From: Akkermansia muciniphila
GTDB taxonomy: Bacteria; Verrucomicrobiota; Verrucomicrobiia; Limisphaerales; SXQI01
Reading direction: 5' to 3'
DNA length: 64,000 bases
Assembly: GCA_945867235.1 (NCBI GenBank)
Contig: CAMBHS010000002.1
Location: 127 to 64,126, forward strand
Every line of letters begins with the position of its first letter. Within the stretch, counting starts at the first letter, position 1. Under the pieces are notes generated by a model. It saw nothing but the letters and a program-made list of their open reading frames with translations, ran no database searches and was not told the DNA's origin. A program made the position numbers and the translations under genes. Below, one piece after another: positions 43,904-53,566 of this stretch.

Positions 43904-45349
43904 TCAAAGTTTTGTGGGTGTAGGTTCCCGAAAAGCGGTCAAGTGGGATTCGGTGCGGAAGTAAATGGTGTCATCCACAAGAGCCGGCGTGGCGTGTGTG
44001 GTTTCTTTCATTTCAGTTTGTGCGAGTATTTTGAATTGAGAACCAGCGGCCAAGACCGTGATGTGCCCGCGATCAGAGACGAGATAAATCCTGCCATCAG
44101 CAGCGATGGGGGAAGCGAAGTAATCACCGGGGGCGTTGAGGCGTTCGTCTTGAAAAAATGGGTTGCCGGTTATGGCGTCGTAAGCCGACATAAGCCCTCC
44201 ATTTTTGACCGTGTAAACTTGGTTGGAATAATAAAGCGGGGAGGCCACATAGGGCAGGCTGCGAGTGCTGCGCCACGCCAAATGAGAACCGGTGATGTCT
44301 CCTTCCCCATCAGGCTTTATGGCGACGAGAGCGTTGCCGGCTTTTTGGAACATTTCGGCCATGTTTTTCCATTCCTCAGCGGTGACAAATCCATCCTTGT
44401 TGAGATCAATTTGAGAGAACCGATCGCGCACGGGTCCGGCTTCCATTTCCGGTAACGAGAGACGGTTATCCTGATCTTGGTTATGAGCCTGATAATACTC
44501 CTCCCAAGGCGGCATGGAGATTCGAGCACCTTCATCCCCACCCACATTCCAACTGGCTGAAAAAAGGAGGAACTCGCTTGCGGTGGGAGAACTGCAAGCC
44601 ACACGGGAAGTGCCGCTGAAGCTCCATCGTTCACTCCCATCGTTCAAGTTATAGGATCGGAGCCAAATGGAGCCAGGGACAATTAATTCGTCCATGCCGC
44701 CATGAACCCATACGAAAGGCGTGGCAAAACTCCGTCTGAACTCCGGTCGTTCACGACGCCAGATCGTCTCACCTGTTCTCGTGTTCACAGCAATGAGGAA
44801 CGAACCGAGATCCTGATCACAAACCTGCACTAACATTTTACCTCGCACCACCGGCGAAGCTGAGGCTCCGAATTCCACCACAGGTTGAGGGAGCGGTTTA
44901 CGCCACAGTTCATGCCCTTTGAAATCATAAGAGAGAAGACCATAGGAACCGAAGTAAACATAAACACTTTCCCCATCTGTGGCCGGGGACGCCGTTGCTG
45001 GACTCCCCAATGTGTGCGTTTTTTCAACAGGGCCCTCAGGGGCGGCAGCTCGCCACATTTCCTTCCCGTCTTGACGATTCAAACAAATGGTCCAAAGACG
45101 GTTGCTTTCGTGGGTAGTGAGAAAAATCAAATCTCCGGTAATGCAGGGCGAAGAATTTCCTGGTCCGACGGCGACACGCCATAATTGGTTGGTGGTATAG
45201 CCAAAATTAACGGGGCCTGTGCCGAGACCAATCGCGGTTCCGCCTGAGCCGCGGAATTGAGGCCACATTGGATCGAGAGCCAACACTGGGAACGAAAGTG
45301 AGAATAGAAAAAACCAACTCGTCATTATGAACCTAGGTAACAAAGGCAT
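43904..45349 (-). CDS. Secreted PQQ-like (BamB-type) beta-propeller repeat protein with an internal EF-hand pair
   Basis: A signal peptide is present. Propeller repeats of the type G..LW and G..IWR recur. A canonical EF loop, DLNKDGFVTAEE, lies at aa 315-326, preceded by NQDQDNRLSLPE. Confidence 0.7.
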   Translation of the reverse strand: MPLLPRFIMTSWFFLFSLSFPVLALDPMWPQFRGSGGTAIGLGTGPVNFGYTTNQLWRVAVGPGNSSPCITGDLIFLTTHESNRLWTICLNRQDGKEMWRAAAPEGPVEKTHTLGSPATASPATDGESVYVYFGSYGLLSYDFKGHELWRKPLPQPVVEFGASASPVVRGKMLVQVCDQDLGSFLIAVNTRTGETIWRRERPEFRRSFATPFVWVHGGMDELIVPGSIWLRSYNLNDGSERWSFSGTSRVACSSPTASEFLLFSASWNVGGDEGARISMPPWEEYYQAHNQDQDNRLSLPEMEAGPVRDRFSQIDLNKDGFVTAEEWKNMAEMFQKAGNALVAIKPDGEGDITGSHLAWRSTRSLPYVASPLYYSNQVYTVKNGGLMSAYDAITGNPFFQDERLNAPGDYFASPIAADGRIYLVSDRGHITVLAAGSQFKILAQTEMKETTHATPALVDDTIYFRTESHLTAFREPTPTKL

Positions 45350-45408
45350 ACGTAAGGAGAGTCGTCCCGTGGAATGGAATGGCGGTTTGATTGTGCTTCC
45401 GATGATAA

Positions 45409-46245
45409 CTACTCGACGATTTTTTCCAAGGAATTTGCACTGTGTTCGCGATCGAAGTCCTTACTTTGTTTCCTTGTAACCGTTTCTTTAGCCACAATCG
45501 GCGGGATGGGATCTCCAGCCAGAAATCCACAAAAAACAGAATCGGGCTCGGCGTGAAAATTGTAAGCACGGCCTTGCCAAACAAATTTCAGGACGCGGGC
45601 GTGCAGTGCTTGATTGGGTAGAATCAAACGCGCCCAATCGGCTGGCGTCAAACGGTCGTAGATGAAATCAAGGTAGAAGCGTTGATCTAAGCCGTAGAGT
45701 TTATCTCCTACGATTGAATGCCCCAAATACTCAAGATGGATTCGGATTTGATGTTTTCGACCTGTCGCGGGTTTGATTTGCAATAAAGCAAATAGCCCCT
45801 CGCTCCTTTCGAAACGCCTCACGACCTCATACTCCGTTTGCGAGGCAACCCCATCGGGTCTGACGCAATCTCGAATGGTGACTTCGCTGTTTTCGTCGGA
45901 GCCCAAGGCGGCATCAATCAACCCGCGATCCTGTGGGGGATGTCCATAGACGATGGACAGGTATTCCTTCTCCACCTGGCGATCTTGAAAAAGAATGCGA
46001 AGCTGGCGGTTTGAGATTTCAGTTTTTGCCACCAACACAAGACCCGTCGTCTCTCGATCGATGCGATTCACTAGATGAGCTGGGGTTTCGGTGCCCAAAT
46101 GAAGACGGATTCTGCTGATCAAACTTGAGTATTCATCCCCCTTTGTCGGATGACAGACCAAGTCGGCAGGTTTATTGACGACCAACATATCATCGTCCTC
46201 AAAAAGGATATTGAGGCGCGGGTCAACTTTCATTCGACCTTTCAA
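45409..46245 (-). CDS. RluA-family pseudouridine synthase (no S4 domain)
   Basis: Diagnostic blocks are LVVNKPADLVCHP, the catalytic Asp motif HLVNRIDRETTGLVLVAK, and GRKHQIRIHL. Confidence 0.85.
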   Translation of the reverse strand: MKGRMKVDPRLNILFEDDDMLVVNKPADLVCHPTKGDEYSSLISRIRLHLGTETPAHLVNRIDRETTGLVLVAKTEISNRQLRILFQDRQVEKEYLSIVYGHPPQDRGLIDAALGSDENSEVTIRDCVRPDGVASQTEYEVVRRFERSEGLFALLQIKPATGRKHQIRIHLEYLGHSIVGDKLYGLDQRFYLDFIYDRLTPADWARLILPNQALHARVLKFVWQGRAYNFHAEPDSVFCGFLAGDPIPPIVAKETVTRKQSKDFDREHSANSLEKIVE

Positions 46246-46337
46246 ATGTTGTGGTGTTTCTCATCTTGTCATGATTCGACATCTTGTCATCAGTCCGTTT
46301 TGGCATACTCTGAGGATGAGTGAAAGTTAAATGGAAT

Positions 46338-46931
46338 ATGGTTCTTCCCGTGGTGCTGCTTGTGTTTTTTGCACTGACGCGATGGCCTGGTTTGATGCCG
46401 TGGAATTTTAGTGCCGCGTATGGACTGGCGTTTTGTGCGGGGCTCTATTTCACTGGATCAAACCGTTGGATTTTCCCCTTGCTGACATTGGGTCTAACGG
46501 ATGTTTTGTTGAATTTGTATCACGGCGCATCGGTGGTGAATATTTTTAGTGTGATCGCCTTGGCCACCTTCAGTGTGATCATTTGGATGGGGAGTCGTTT
46601 TTCCTCGCGATGGCCATGGATCGTCCTCGTATTCGGAGGGATGGCAGGAGCTATTATTTTTTACATCGTGACGAATACGGTCTCGTGGCTGTTCGATCCA
46701 GCGTATGCGAAGACGTTCGCAGGATGGATTCAAGCTCTGACATTTGGACGTCCTGGTCTGCCTGCGACTTGGGAGTTTTTTCGCAACACGCTGATCAGCG
46801 GAGGGCTATTCACAGGGTTGTTCGCAGCAGCAATGAAACTCACGGAACCCGCTGAAGCCGAGGCGAAAGAAGGGGAGGACGCCATCGCGGAAGCCCCCGA
46901 TGGAAAACCCGTAGTCGAACCCGCGAAGTAG
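46338..46931 (+). CDS. Multi-pass membrane protein, DUF6580-like (putative transport component)
   Basis: It has five or six hydrophobic helices. The N-terminus LTRWPGLMPWNFSAAYGLAFCAGLYF resembles DUF6580, but this is a weak recollection. The start is 46338 or the GTG at 46320. Confidence 0.45.
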   Translation: MVLPVVLLVFFALTRWPGLMPWNFSAAYGLAFCAGLYFTGSNRWIFPLLTLGLTDVLLNLYHGASVVNIFSVIALATFSVIIWMGSRFSSRWPWIVLVFGGMAGAIIFYIVTNTVSWLFDPAYAKTFAGWIQALTFGRPGLPATWEFFRNTLISGGLFTGLFAAAMKLTEPAEAEAKEGEDAIAEAPDGKPVVEPAK

Positions 46932-46952
46932 ATTTCAATACGAAGGGGTTCC

Positions 46953-47441
46953 ATGGCAAAAAACCTACCTCCTCTCCCTTTTCGGATCGGCGTTATTTCT
47001 GACACGCATGGGTATCTCGATCCTCGGGTGCCCGAATTGTTCCAAGGGGTGAATCATATTCTTCATGCGGGCGATATGGGTTGGGCTTCGATCGTTTTAG
47101 AGCTCGAGGACATCGCGCCAACAACCGCCATCACGGGCAATACAGATGAGGGACTCGCTTTTAATGAAACCGAGGAGATCACCTTGGTCGGAATCAAGTT
47201 TTTGCTGCACCATATCGTGGACATCCACCGAATGGATCGACGATTAGAAAATCGCATCCGGCAGAAGAATCCTCGTGTCATTGTTTTCGGGCACACGCAC
47301 CAATCGTGCGCCGAGGAACACGAAGGACGACTTTTTTTCAACTCAGGTTATTCTGGAAAACCTAAATACAACCAACCGCGCAGCGTGGCGATCCTGCAAA
47401 TTGTGGGAAGCGAAATCACGTATGAATTCCTCGCTCTCTGA
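46953..47441 (+). CDS. Metallophosphoesterase (YfcE/MJ0936-type phosphodiesterase)
   Basis: The motifs IGVISDTHG, HAGD, GNTD and VFGHTH occur in the canonical order. The protein is 162 aa. Confidence 0.8.
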   Translation: MAKNLPPLPFRIGVISDTHGYLDPRVPELFQGVNHILHAGDMGWASIVLELEDIAPTTAITGNTDEGLAFNETEEITLVGIKFLLHHIVDIHRMDRRLENRIRQKNPRVIVFGHTHQSCAEEHEGRLFFNSGYSGKPKYNQPRSVAILQIVGSEITYEFLAL

Positions 47442-47447
47442 TCAGTG

Positions 47448-50171
47448 TTACGACTCAGGTTGTGAAACAAGTTTCATGTTTGCACTAAAGAAAGCCTTCA
47501 AAAACCTGCCCGTGTGAGAGTTTTTATGGGTTGAGATTTTTTCCGGAGTTCCCTGTGCCACTAATTTTCCTCCAGCCTCACCGCCCTCCGGTCCCATGTC
47601 GATCACCCAATCGGCCTCAGCTATCAGATCGAGATTGTGTTCGATGACGACCACCGTATGTCCCGCATCAACCAACCGTTGAATGACTCCCACCAATTTA
47701 TGCACGTCTGACATATGCAGTCCGATGGTGGGTTCCTCCAGCAAGAATAAGTTTTTGCGTACTGCACTCACGATTCCATCAACGGTGTCACGCAAACCTG
47801 TGAGCAGATGAGTGACCAACTTGATTCGCTGAGCTTCGCCGCCGCTTAATGTCGGGCTGGTCTGGCCGAGTTTCAGGTAGTCGAGTCCGGTATCACGTAG
47901 AGCCTTCAAAGGACGATTGATCTTGGGGATCGCCGTAAAAAATTCGATCGCCTCAGCCACACTCAACTCAAGAACCTGTGCGATACTTTTGCCACGCAGT
48001 TCAATCTCCAAAGTTTCAGGATTAAAACGGGATCCCCCGCACGTATCACAAATGATCCATGCAGGTGGAAGAAAGTTCATTTCGATTTTGATATTGCCTG
48101 CCCCTTCACAGGCTGGGCATCGACCTTGAGTGCTGTTAAAGGAAAAGCGACTTGCGGTGTATCCACGCATACGCGATTCGGGTGTTTGCGCGAACAAGTC
48201 TCGAATGACATCAAAAAAACCGACATAAGTTGCCGGTGTCGAACGAAGCGTCCGACCGATGGGAGAGTGATCCACTTCATGAACCATTCTCAATGTTTCG
48301 GCACCTGTCACATAGGTCGCCTCTTTTTCTGGTGATTTTTTACGACGCGCCAAAGCCTTTTGAACTGCCGGAAGCAGACATTCGCGAATTAAGGAACTTT
48401 TTCCAGACCCACTCACCCCGGTGATTGCGATAAATCTTTCCAGTGGAAAAGTGATCGTCACATTTTTCAAATTATTCGCTTTAGCTTGATGAAGGGTGAG
48501 CGACGGATGGGAAAATGCGTGTCCACTTTTGGCCGCGACGGAACGACGCGTTCCTCTAGCTGGATATTTTCTGTGACCCTGCAATAACTGTCCTGTCAAT
48601 GAGCGCGGGTTGCGGAGTAACTCGTCCATGGTGCCAGAGGCCACGATGTCTCCCCCGTTAACACCAGCCCTAGGACCAAGATCAATGACATAATCCGCCC
48701 GACGCATTGTTTCCGAATCATGCTCCACGACAATCAGCGAATTCCCACGTTCCTTGAGCAGATTCAACGCATGTAATAAATGTTCGTTGTCCCGTGAATG
48801 GAGACCGATCGTGGGTTCATCGAGGACATAAAGCACCCCACTCAGATTGGAGCCCAGTTGTGCAGCGAGACGGATGCGTTGGGCCTCGCCTCCACTCAGC
48901 GTGGGAACACTTCGTCCCAATTGCAGATAATGCAGTCCCACTTCGCTTAAGAATTTCAAGCGATCGCGTAATTCCGGCAATATATCGCGAGTAATCTCTG
49001 CCTCCCTGCTTTGAAATTTGAGTTCGTTAAAAAAATGCATGGCCTCATTTACGGACGACTTCGTGAACCAATCGATTGTTGGCCATAATGACGAATCTCG
49101 GACGCTACCTCCTCCTTTCGTCGGCAATGGTAAGCGCACCGCGCGTGCCTGAATATTCAAACGTGCTCCACAACAATCGGAACACTCCTCACGCTTTCCC
49201 TCCTGCCATCCAAACCAGGACTCCTCGATGGCGTCAGCTTTTGATCCACGATCAACATCAGGCAGGTAAAAAGTTTCACCAAATCCACGGCACGTTAGGC
49301 ACCATCCTCGCACCGAGTTATAGCTGAACATTTTAGGATCCAACAAAGGATACGAATCTCCACAGTCTGGACAGGCACGCGAGGTTGAATGCACGGAAAC
49401 TTTTATATCATTTCCCAAGGCCATTAAAGTTCCTCGCCCCACCTTGAGTGTTTCATCAATCAACTGTTGCGGTGTTCTGCCTGATTTTTTAGCGGCTTTG
49501 ACCTCCAGCACACCGGTAACGATTTCAACATCGTGCTCGCGAAAACGATCGAGCCGCAATGGCTTGTCAGTAGGGTGCATGTGCCCGTCGGCTCGAACCT
49601 CGGCATATCCATGTGCGGAGGCCCATGCCCCGACATCCGTGTGAAAACCTTTCCTGTTCTTAACCATCGGAGCCAGCAATAGGAGGTCGCCTCGTGTCTT
49701 CAGTTCTTGAAGAAGTTTTCGAGAGAGGGCATCTCGACTTTGCCCTTCCACAGGCACTTGGCACTTGGGACAGAATTGAACGCCCAATTTGGAAAACAAT
49801 AGGCGCAAAAAATGATAAATCTCCGTCACGGTCGCCACTGTGCTTTTGCCGCCGCCACGGCTATTTCTTTGATCGATGCTGACGGTAGGAGGAAGTCCCG
49901 TGATCAGATCAACATCGGGACGTGCGAGTTGCTCAACGAATTGTCGAGCGTAAGCGTTCATTGCATCAAGAAAACGCCGTTGGCCTTCTGCGAAAATAAT
50001 ATCAAAAGCCAATGTGCTTTTACCCGAACCACTCACACCCGTGATGACCACAAATTTGCCTCGAGGAATAGTCAGTGAAAGATTCTTCAAGTTGTGTTCC
50101 CGTGCGCCGTGGATGGAGATAAACCCCGGAACATCGATTGGAACATTCAAATCTTTCAAACTCATAGGCAA
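47448..50171 (-). CDS. uvrA: UvrA-family excinuclease ABC subunit A, atypical (insertion domain apparently absent)
   Basis: It has two ABC modules: [13 protein letters not shown] / LSGGEAQRIRLA / LDEPTIGLH, and GVSGSGKSSL / LSGGEAQRIKL / LEEPTIGLH. Zinc modules are CPKC, CPDC...CLTC, CSDCCG, and CPAC...CDTC. It is 907 aa. Confidence 0.8.
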   Translation of the reverse strand: MPMSLKDLNVPIDVPGFISIHGAREHNLKNLSLTIPRGKFVVITGVSGSGKSTLAFDIIFAEGQRRFLDAMNAYARQFVEQLARPDVDLITGLPPTVSIDQRNSRGGGKSTVATVTEIYHFLRLLFSKLGVQFCPKCQVPVEGQSRDALSRKLLQELKTRGDLLLLAPMVKNRKGFHTDVGAWASAHGYAEVRADGHMHPTDKPLRLDRFREHDVEIVTGVLEVKAAKKSGRTPQQLIDETLKVGRGTLMALGNDIKVSVHSTSRACPDCGDSYPLLDPKMFSYNSVRGWCLTCRGFGETFYLPDVDRGSKADAIEESWFGWQEGKREECSDCCGARLNIQARAVRLPLPTKGGGSVRDSSLWPTIDWFTKSSVNEAMHFFNELKFQSREAEITRDILPELRDRLKFLSEVGLHYLQLGRSVPTLSGGEAQRIRLAAQLGSNLSGVLYVLDEPTIGLHSRDNEHLLHALNLLKERGNSLIVVEHDSETMRRADYVIDLGPRAGVNGGDIVASGTMDELLRNPRSLTGQLLQGHRKYPARGTRRSVAAKSGHAFSHPSLTLHQAKANNLKNVTITFPLERFIAITGVSGSGKSSLIRECLLPAVQKALARRKKSPEKEATYVTGAETLRMVHEVDHSPIGRTLRSTPATYVGFFDVIRDLFAQTPESRMRGYTASRFSFNSTQGRCPACEGAGNIKIEMNFLPPAWIICDTCGGSRFNPETLEIELRGKSIAQVLELSVAEAIEFFTAIPKINRPLKALRDTGLDYLKLGQTSPTLSGGEAQRIKLVTHLLTGLRDTVDGIVSAVRKNLFLLEEPTIGLHMSDVHKLVGVIQRLVDAGHTVVVIEHNLDLIAEADWVIDMGPEGGEAGGKLVAQGTPEKISTHKNSHTGRFLKAFFSANMKLVSQPES

Positions 50172-50292
50172 TCCCTACCACGAAAGGCTTTCGCCGCAAA
50201 CTCCTGTCCTCGGTTATTGATCAATTCGGGTTCGCTCGTGAGGCATGGGTTAATCCTCGCCATACCTTCACAGATGGCTCTATTTTCTCAGT

Positions 50293-52647
50293 ATGACATC
50301 CCGCCACCACCTTTGGAGTCGTCGCAGCTTTTTGAGAGCCTCGTCCCTTGCAACGGGTGCTATTGGTTTTGGATCGCATATTAGGGGATCGGATCCGAAA
50401 CCAAACACGTCCTTGTTTTCCGTTGCTGATCTTCCTAAAGGGAGTGACCCTCTGCCCGTGGCGATTCCACATTTTCCTGATCGGTTGCACGCATTTGTTT
50501 GGCGCAATTGGACACTGGTATCCATCGAAAAAATGGCGTTGGTCTTGGGAGCAAAACGCGGAGATATTTTACGATTGGGACGGGGTATGGGCTTGCCAAA
50601 ACCTCTGCCTGTAACACGTCAACAGGAGCGTCGATCTTATATCACCGTGATCCGAAGGAACTGGCATTTATTACCTTACGAACAACTGCTAACCTTGCTC
50701 GGTTGGACAGCGGAGGAAATGGCTTACACGTTACGTGAGGAGGATTTCCTGTATATCAAACTCGGCAGCCTCAAGCCAAAATGCGAACCCCTTAAATTTA
50801 CGTCATCCGATCCTTTGACCCTGGGAAAGGTGGAGACGATCGCCCGGATGATGAAGGAGGAATTTCCTGAGGGGGGACCGACTCCGAAAGAACCCCTCTT
50901 CCACTTTATCAAACAGCTTTCATCCCTATCATCGAGTCCCTCGGTGCCCTCGAATCGTGCGACTCCAGCCCTTCGTTTTTGTTATTCTTATTTCGCCCTT
51001 TATGGTGATCCGTTGTTGGAACCGGAATCTGACCCCTACCCTGATGGTTACTTGGCTAAACTGGCTCAATCTGGCGTTAACGGAGTTTGGTTGCAGGGAG
51101 TTCTGCACAAATTAGCACCCTTTCCATGGGATGAGACCTTGAGCGAGCGATGTGAAGAACGCTTGGAAAACCTGCGTAAACTCGTCCACCGGGCGCGTAG
51201 ATATGGGATTGGAATATTTCTTTACCTCAATGAGCCTCGCTCTCTTCCACTTAAGTTTTTTGCCAACCACCCAGAACTTAAAGGAGTCGTAGCAGGGGAT
51301 CACGCCACTTTGTGCACAAGCGCGATTGAGGTGCAGAATTATGTGCGCCAATCAATCACGCATATTTGCCGAGCCGTGCCGGATTTAGCGGGCTTCTTTA
51401 CCATCACCGCATCTGAAAACATCACCAATTGTTGGTCTCACGGAGGAGGTCTCGCTTGTCCCCGTTGTGGAAAGCGATCCCCAGCAGAAGTCATTGCGGA
51501 GGTAAATCAATTGGTCGTAGAAGGAATTCAGAAAGCAAAAAGCAGAACACGCTTACTGGCATGGGACTGGGGGTGGAAGGATTCCTGGGCCGAAGAAGCG
51601 ATCCGCAAACTTCCGAAGGATGTCATCTTGATGAGCGTGAGTGAATGGGGATTACCCATTTCACGAGGCGGGGTGAAAAGTGAGATTGGTGAGTATTCCA
51701 TTTCTGCGATCGGCCCTGGTCCACGATCCACACGGCACTGGAAAATCGCCCGTGATGCAGGACTCAAAACGCAGGCAAAAATCCAAGCCGGCAACACTTG
51801 GGAGCTTTCTGCCGTCCCCTACATCCCCGCAGTCGAAAATGTGGCACGGCACGCCGCCAACCTTCGCGAAGCTAAAGTTGATGGGTTGATGTTAGGCTGG
51901 ACCTTGGGAGGGTATCCCTCACCGAATCTCGAAGTTGTCGCAGAGATTTCTGGGGAACCTGCACTCAGTCCGGAAGCAGCGATGAACCGTGTGGCCGAAA
52001 GGCGATTCGGACAATCATTGGCGACACTCGTGGTGACCTCGTGGAAAAGTTACAGTGCGGCCTTCAGTGAATTTCCATTTCACCCGGGGCTCGTTTATTC
52101 GGCACCATTACAGGCTGGACCGGCCAATCCACTCTGGGAAAAAGCGACAGGTTACCAAGCGTCGATGGTGGGACTACCCTATGACCACCTCGATGCATGG
52201 CGTGCTGTGTATCCCGCCGAAGTTTTTATCGGTCAGTTACAAAAAGTGGCCAACGGATTCGCGTCTGCATTGAGTATTCTAAAAACATCGAGCCTCAAGC
52301 TTACGTTGAGTCGATCGCAACGCATCGGATTGGACAAGGAGATGGATGTGACGGAAGCCGCTGCACTCCATTTCAGAAGTGTCGCGAACCAGGCACAATT
52401 TGTTCAGGATAGAAACGAGCTGGCAAAAAAGTTGGATCGACAGAGACCCGAGCTTTTGATTGCAAGACTTGAACACACGTTACGCAATGAAATCTCTCTC
52501 GCAAAAAGATTACTGGAGATCCAATCGCGAGATTCGAGAATTGGTTTCGAAGCCACCAATCATTATTTCTATGTGCCCGTTGACTTGATGGAGAAGGTGC
52601 TCAATTGCCGCGACCTTCTCGATCGTTGGATCCCTAGTTTGCGTTGA
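50293..52647 (+). CDS. TAT-exported 784-aa protein of unknown family, TIM-barrel glycoside-hydrolase-like
   Basis: The twin-arginine signal is HHLWSRRSFLRASSLATGA. The central region contains GVNGVWLQG, GIFLYLNEP (aa 313-315) and ILMSVSEWG (aa 450-452). This resembles the acid/base and nucleophile strands of clan GH-A. A Cx8CxxC cluster lies at aa 380-392. Confidence 0.4.
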   Translation: MTSRHHLWSRRSFLRASSLATGAIGFGSHIRGSDPKPNTSLFSVADLPKGSDPLPVAIPHFPDRLHAFVWRNWTLVSIEKMALVLGAKRGDILRLGRGMGLPKPLPVTRQQERRSYITVIRRNWHLLPYEQLLTLLGWTAEEMAYTLREEDFLYIKLGSLKPKCEPLKFTSSDPLTLGKVETIARMMKEEFPEGGPTPKEPLFHFIKQLSSLSSSPSVPSNRATPALRFCYSYFALYGDPLLEPESDPYPDGYLAKLAQSGVNGVWLQGVLHKLAPFPWDETLSERCEERLENLRKLVHRARRYGIGIFLYLNEPRSLPLKFFANHPELKGVVAGDHATLCTSAIEVQNYVRQSITHICRAVPDLAGFFTITASENITNCWSHGGGLACPRCGKRSPAEVIAEVNQLVVEGIQKAKSRTRLLAWDWGWKDSWAEEAIRKLPKDVILMSVSEWGLPISRGGVKSEIGEYSISAIGPGPRSTRHWKIARDAGLKTQAKIQAGNTWELSAVPYIPAVENVARHAANLREAKVDGLMLGWTLGGYPSPNLEVVAEISGEPALSPEAAMNRVAERRFGQSLATLVVTSWKSYSAAFSEFPFHPGLVYSAPLQAGPANPLWEKATGYQASMVGLPYDHLDAWRAVYPAEVFIGQLQKVANGFASALSILKTSSLKLTLSRSQRIGLDKEMDVTEAAALHFRSVANQAQFVQDRNELAKKLDRQRPELLIARLEHTLRNEISLAKRLLEIQSRDSRIGFEATNHYFYVPVDLMEKVLNCRDLLDRWIPSLR

Positions 52648-53539
52648 TGAGCCTTGCTCCCATACGATCCCCCATCCGCGCATACAACTCCCGTTGTTGC
52701 GCGGAGTGCTCCAGTAAATCTGCATCCAATTGCACGCTGCCAGGAGGAAATAAAAGCAAGGTGGAAGACCCGCCAAATTTGAAATAACCTTTTTCCTGCC
52801 CCTTCAAAACCATGTGCTGGGGGGCGTACGTGTGAACGATTCCTCCGACGCAGGTGGCTCCGATTTCGCACATGATTACGGATCCAAATTCTGGAGATTC
52901 AATCCGACACCAGGCTCTCTTATTTTCTACTAAATAGTTCAGGTTTTGGCGGAGAGCCATGGGATTAACAGAGTAGAGAGGCCCGTCGATGTGATGTGTC
53001 GATCCTGCAACGCCGCCCAGTGGAAAGTGGAAACGGTGATAATCTACAGGACATAACCGCGATAACACCACCGCGCCATGTTTGTATCGCATTGCCAATT
53101 CCGCATCGCCAAGGAAGCGGAGCAAATCAAATTTTTGTCCTTTCACAAAAAAACCGGGTGCCTTGGATACGTCCTGAAATCCGAGGTGACGTCCGTCTGC
53201 TGGGAAGATCACGGAGTCTAAATCCTTGGATATAGGGCGAGCCGAAGGCTTTAGTTTGCGATAGAAAAAGTCGTTAAACGATTTAAAGGATTCGACAGGG
53301 TCCGCAAACTCGGAGATGTCCGTATTATATTTCTGGAGAAACGGGATTATTTTATTTTGGCTTTTTACCGCATCCATTCGACGCCCATACCATCGAGAAA
53401 AAAAAGCCCTTTTCACCATCGCATGAAGTGATAATCGGCCTAGGGGATGGCCGTAGCTCCATTTTAACCAAGCTAGACCATAAACGGCCTCCTGCTCCAA
53501 TTGCCGGCTGTATCGGTTGTAATAGGTGATGGGTTCCAT
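52634..53539 (-). CDS. psd: Phosphatidylserine decarboxylase proenzyme
   Basis: YHRFHFP is present, and the self-cleavage motif is in GYFKFGGSSTLLLF. The protein is 301 aa. Confidence 0.85.
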   Translation of the reverse strand: MEPITYYNRYSRQLEQEAVYGLAWLKWSYGHPLGRLSLHAMVKRAFFSRWYGRRMDAVKSQNKIIPFLQKYNTDISEFADPVESFKSFNDFFYRKLKPSARPISKDLDSVIFPADGRHLGFQDVSKAPGFFVKGQKFDLLRFLGDAELAMRYKHGAVVLSRLCPVDYHRFHFPLGGVAGSTHHIDGPLYSVNPMALRQNLNYLVENKRAWCRIESPEFGSVIMCEIGATCVGGIVHTYAPQHMVLKGQEKGYFKFGGSSTLLLFPPGSVQLDADLLEHSAQQRELYARMGDRMGARLINAN

Positions 53540-53566
53540 ACGAATTAGAATGATGCGATAAAAACT

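Noticed and set aside
45333-45584. An 83-aa ORF overlapping the 3' end of the RluA-family gene and the start of the propeller gene.
   Set aside because: It overlaps two supported genes out of frame and has no recognisable features.
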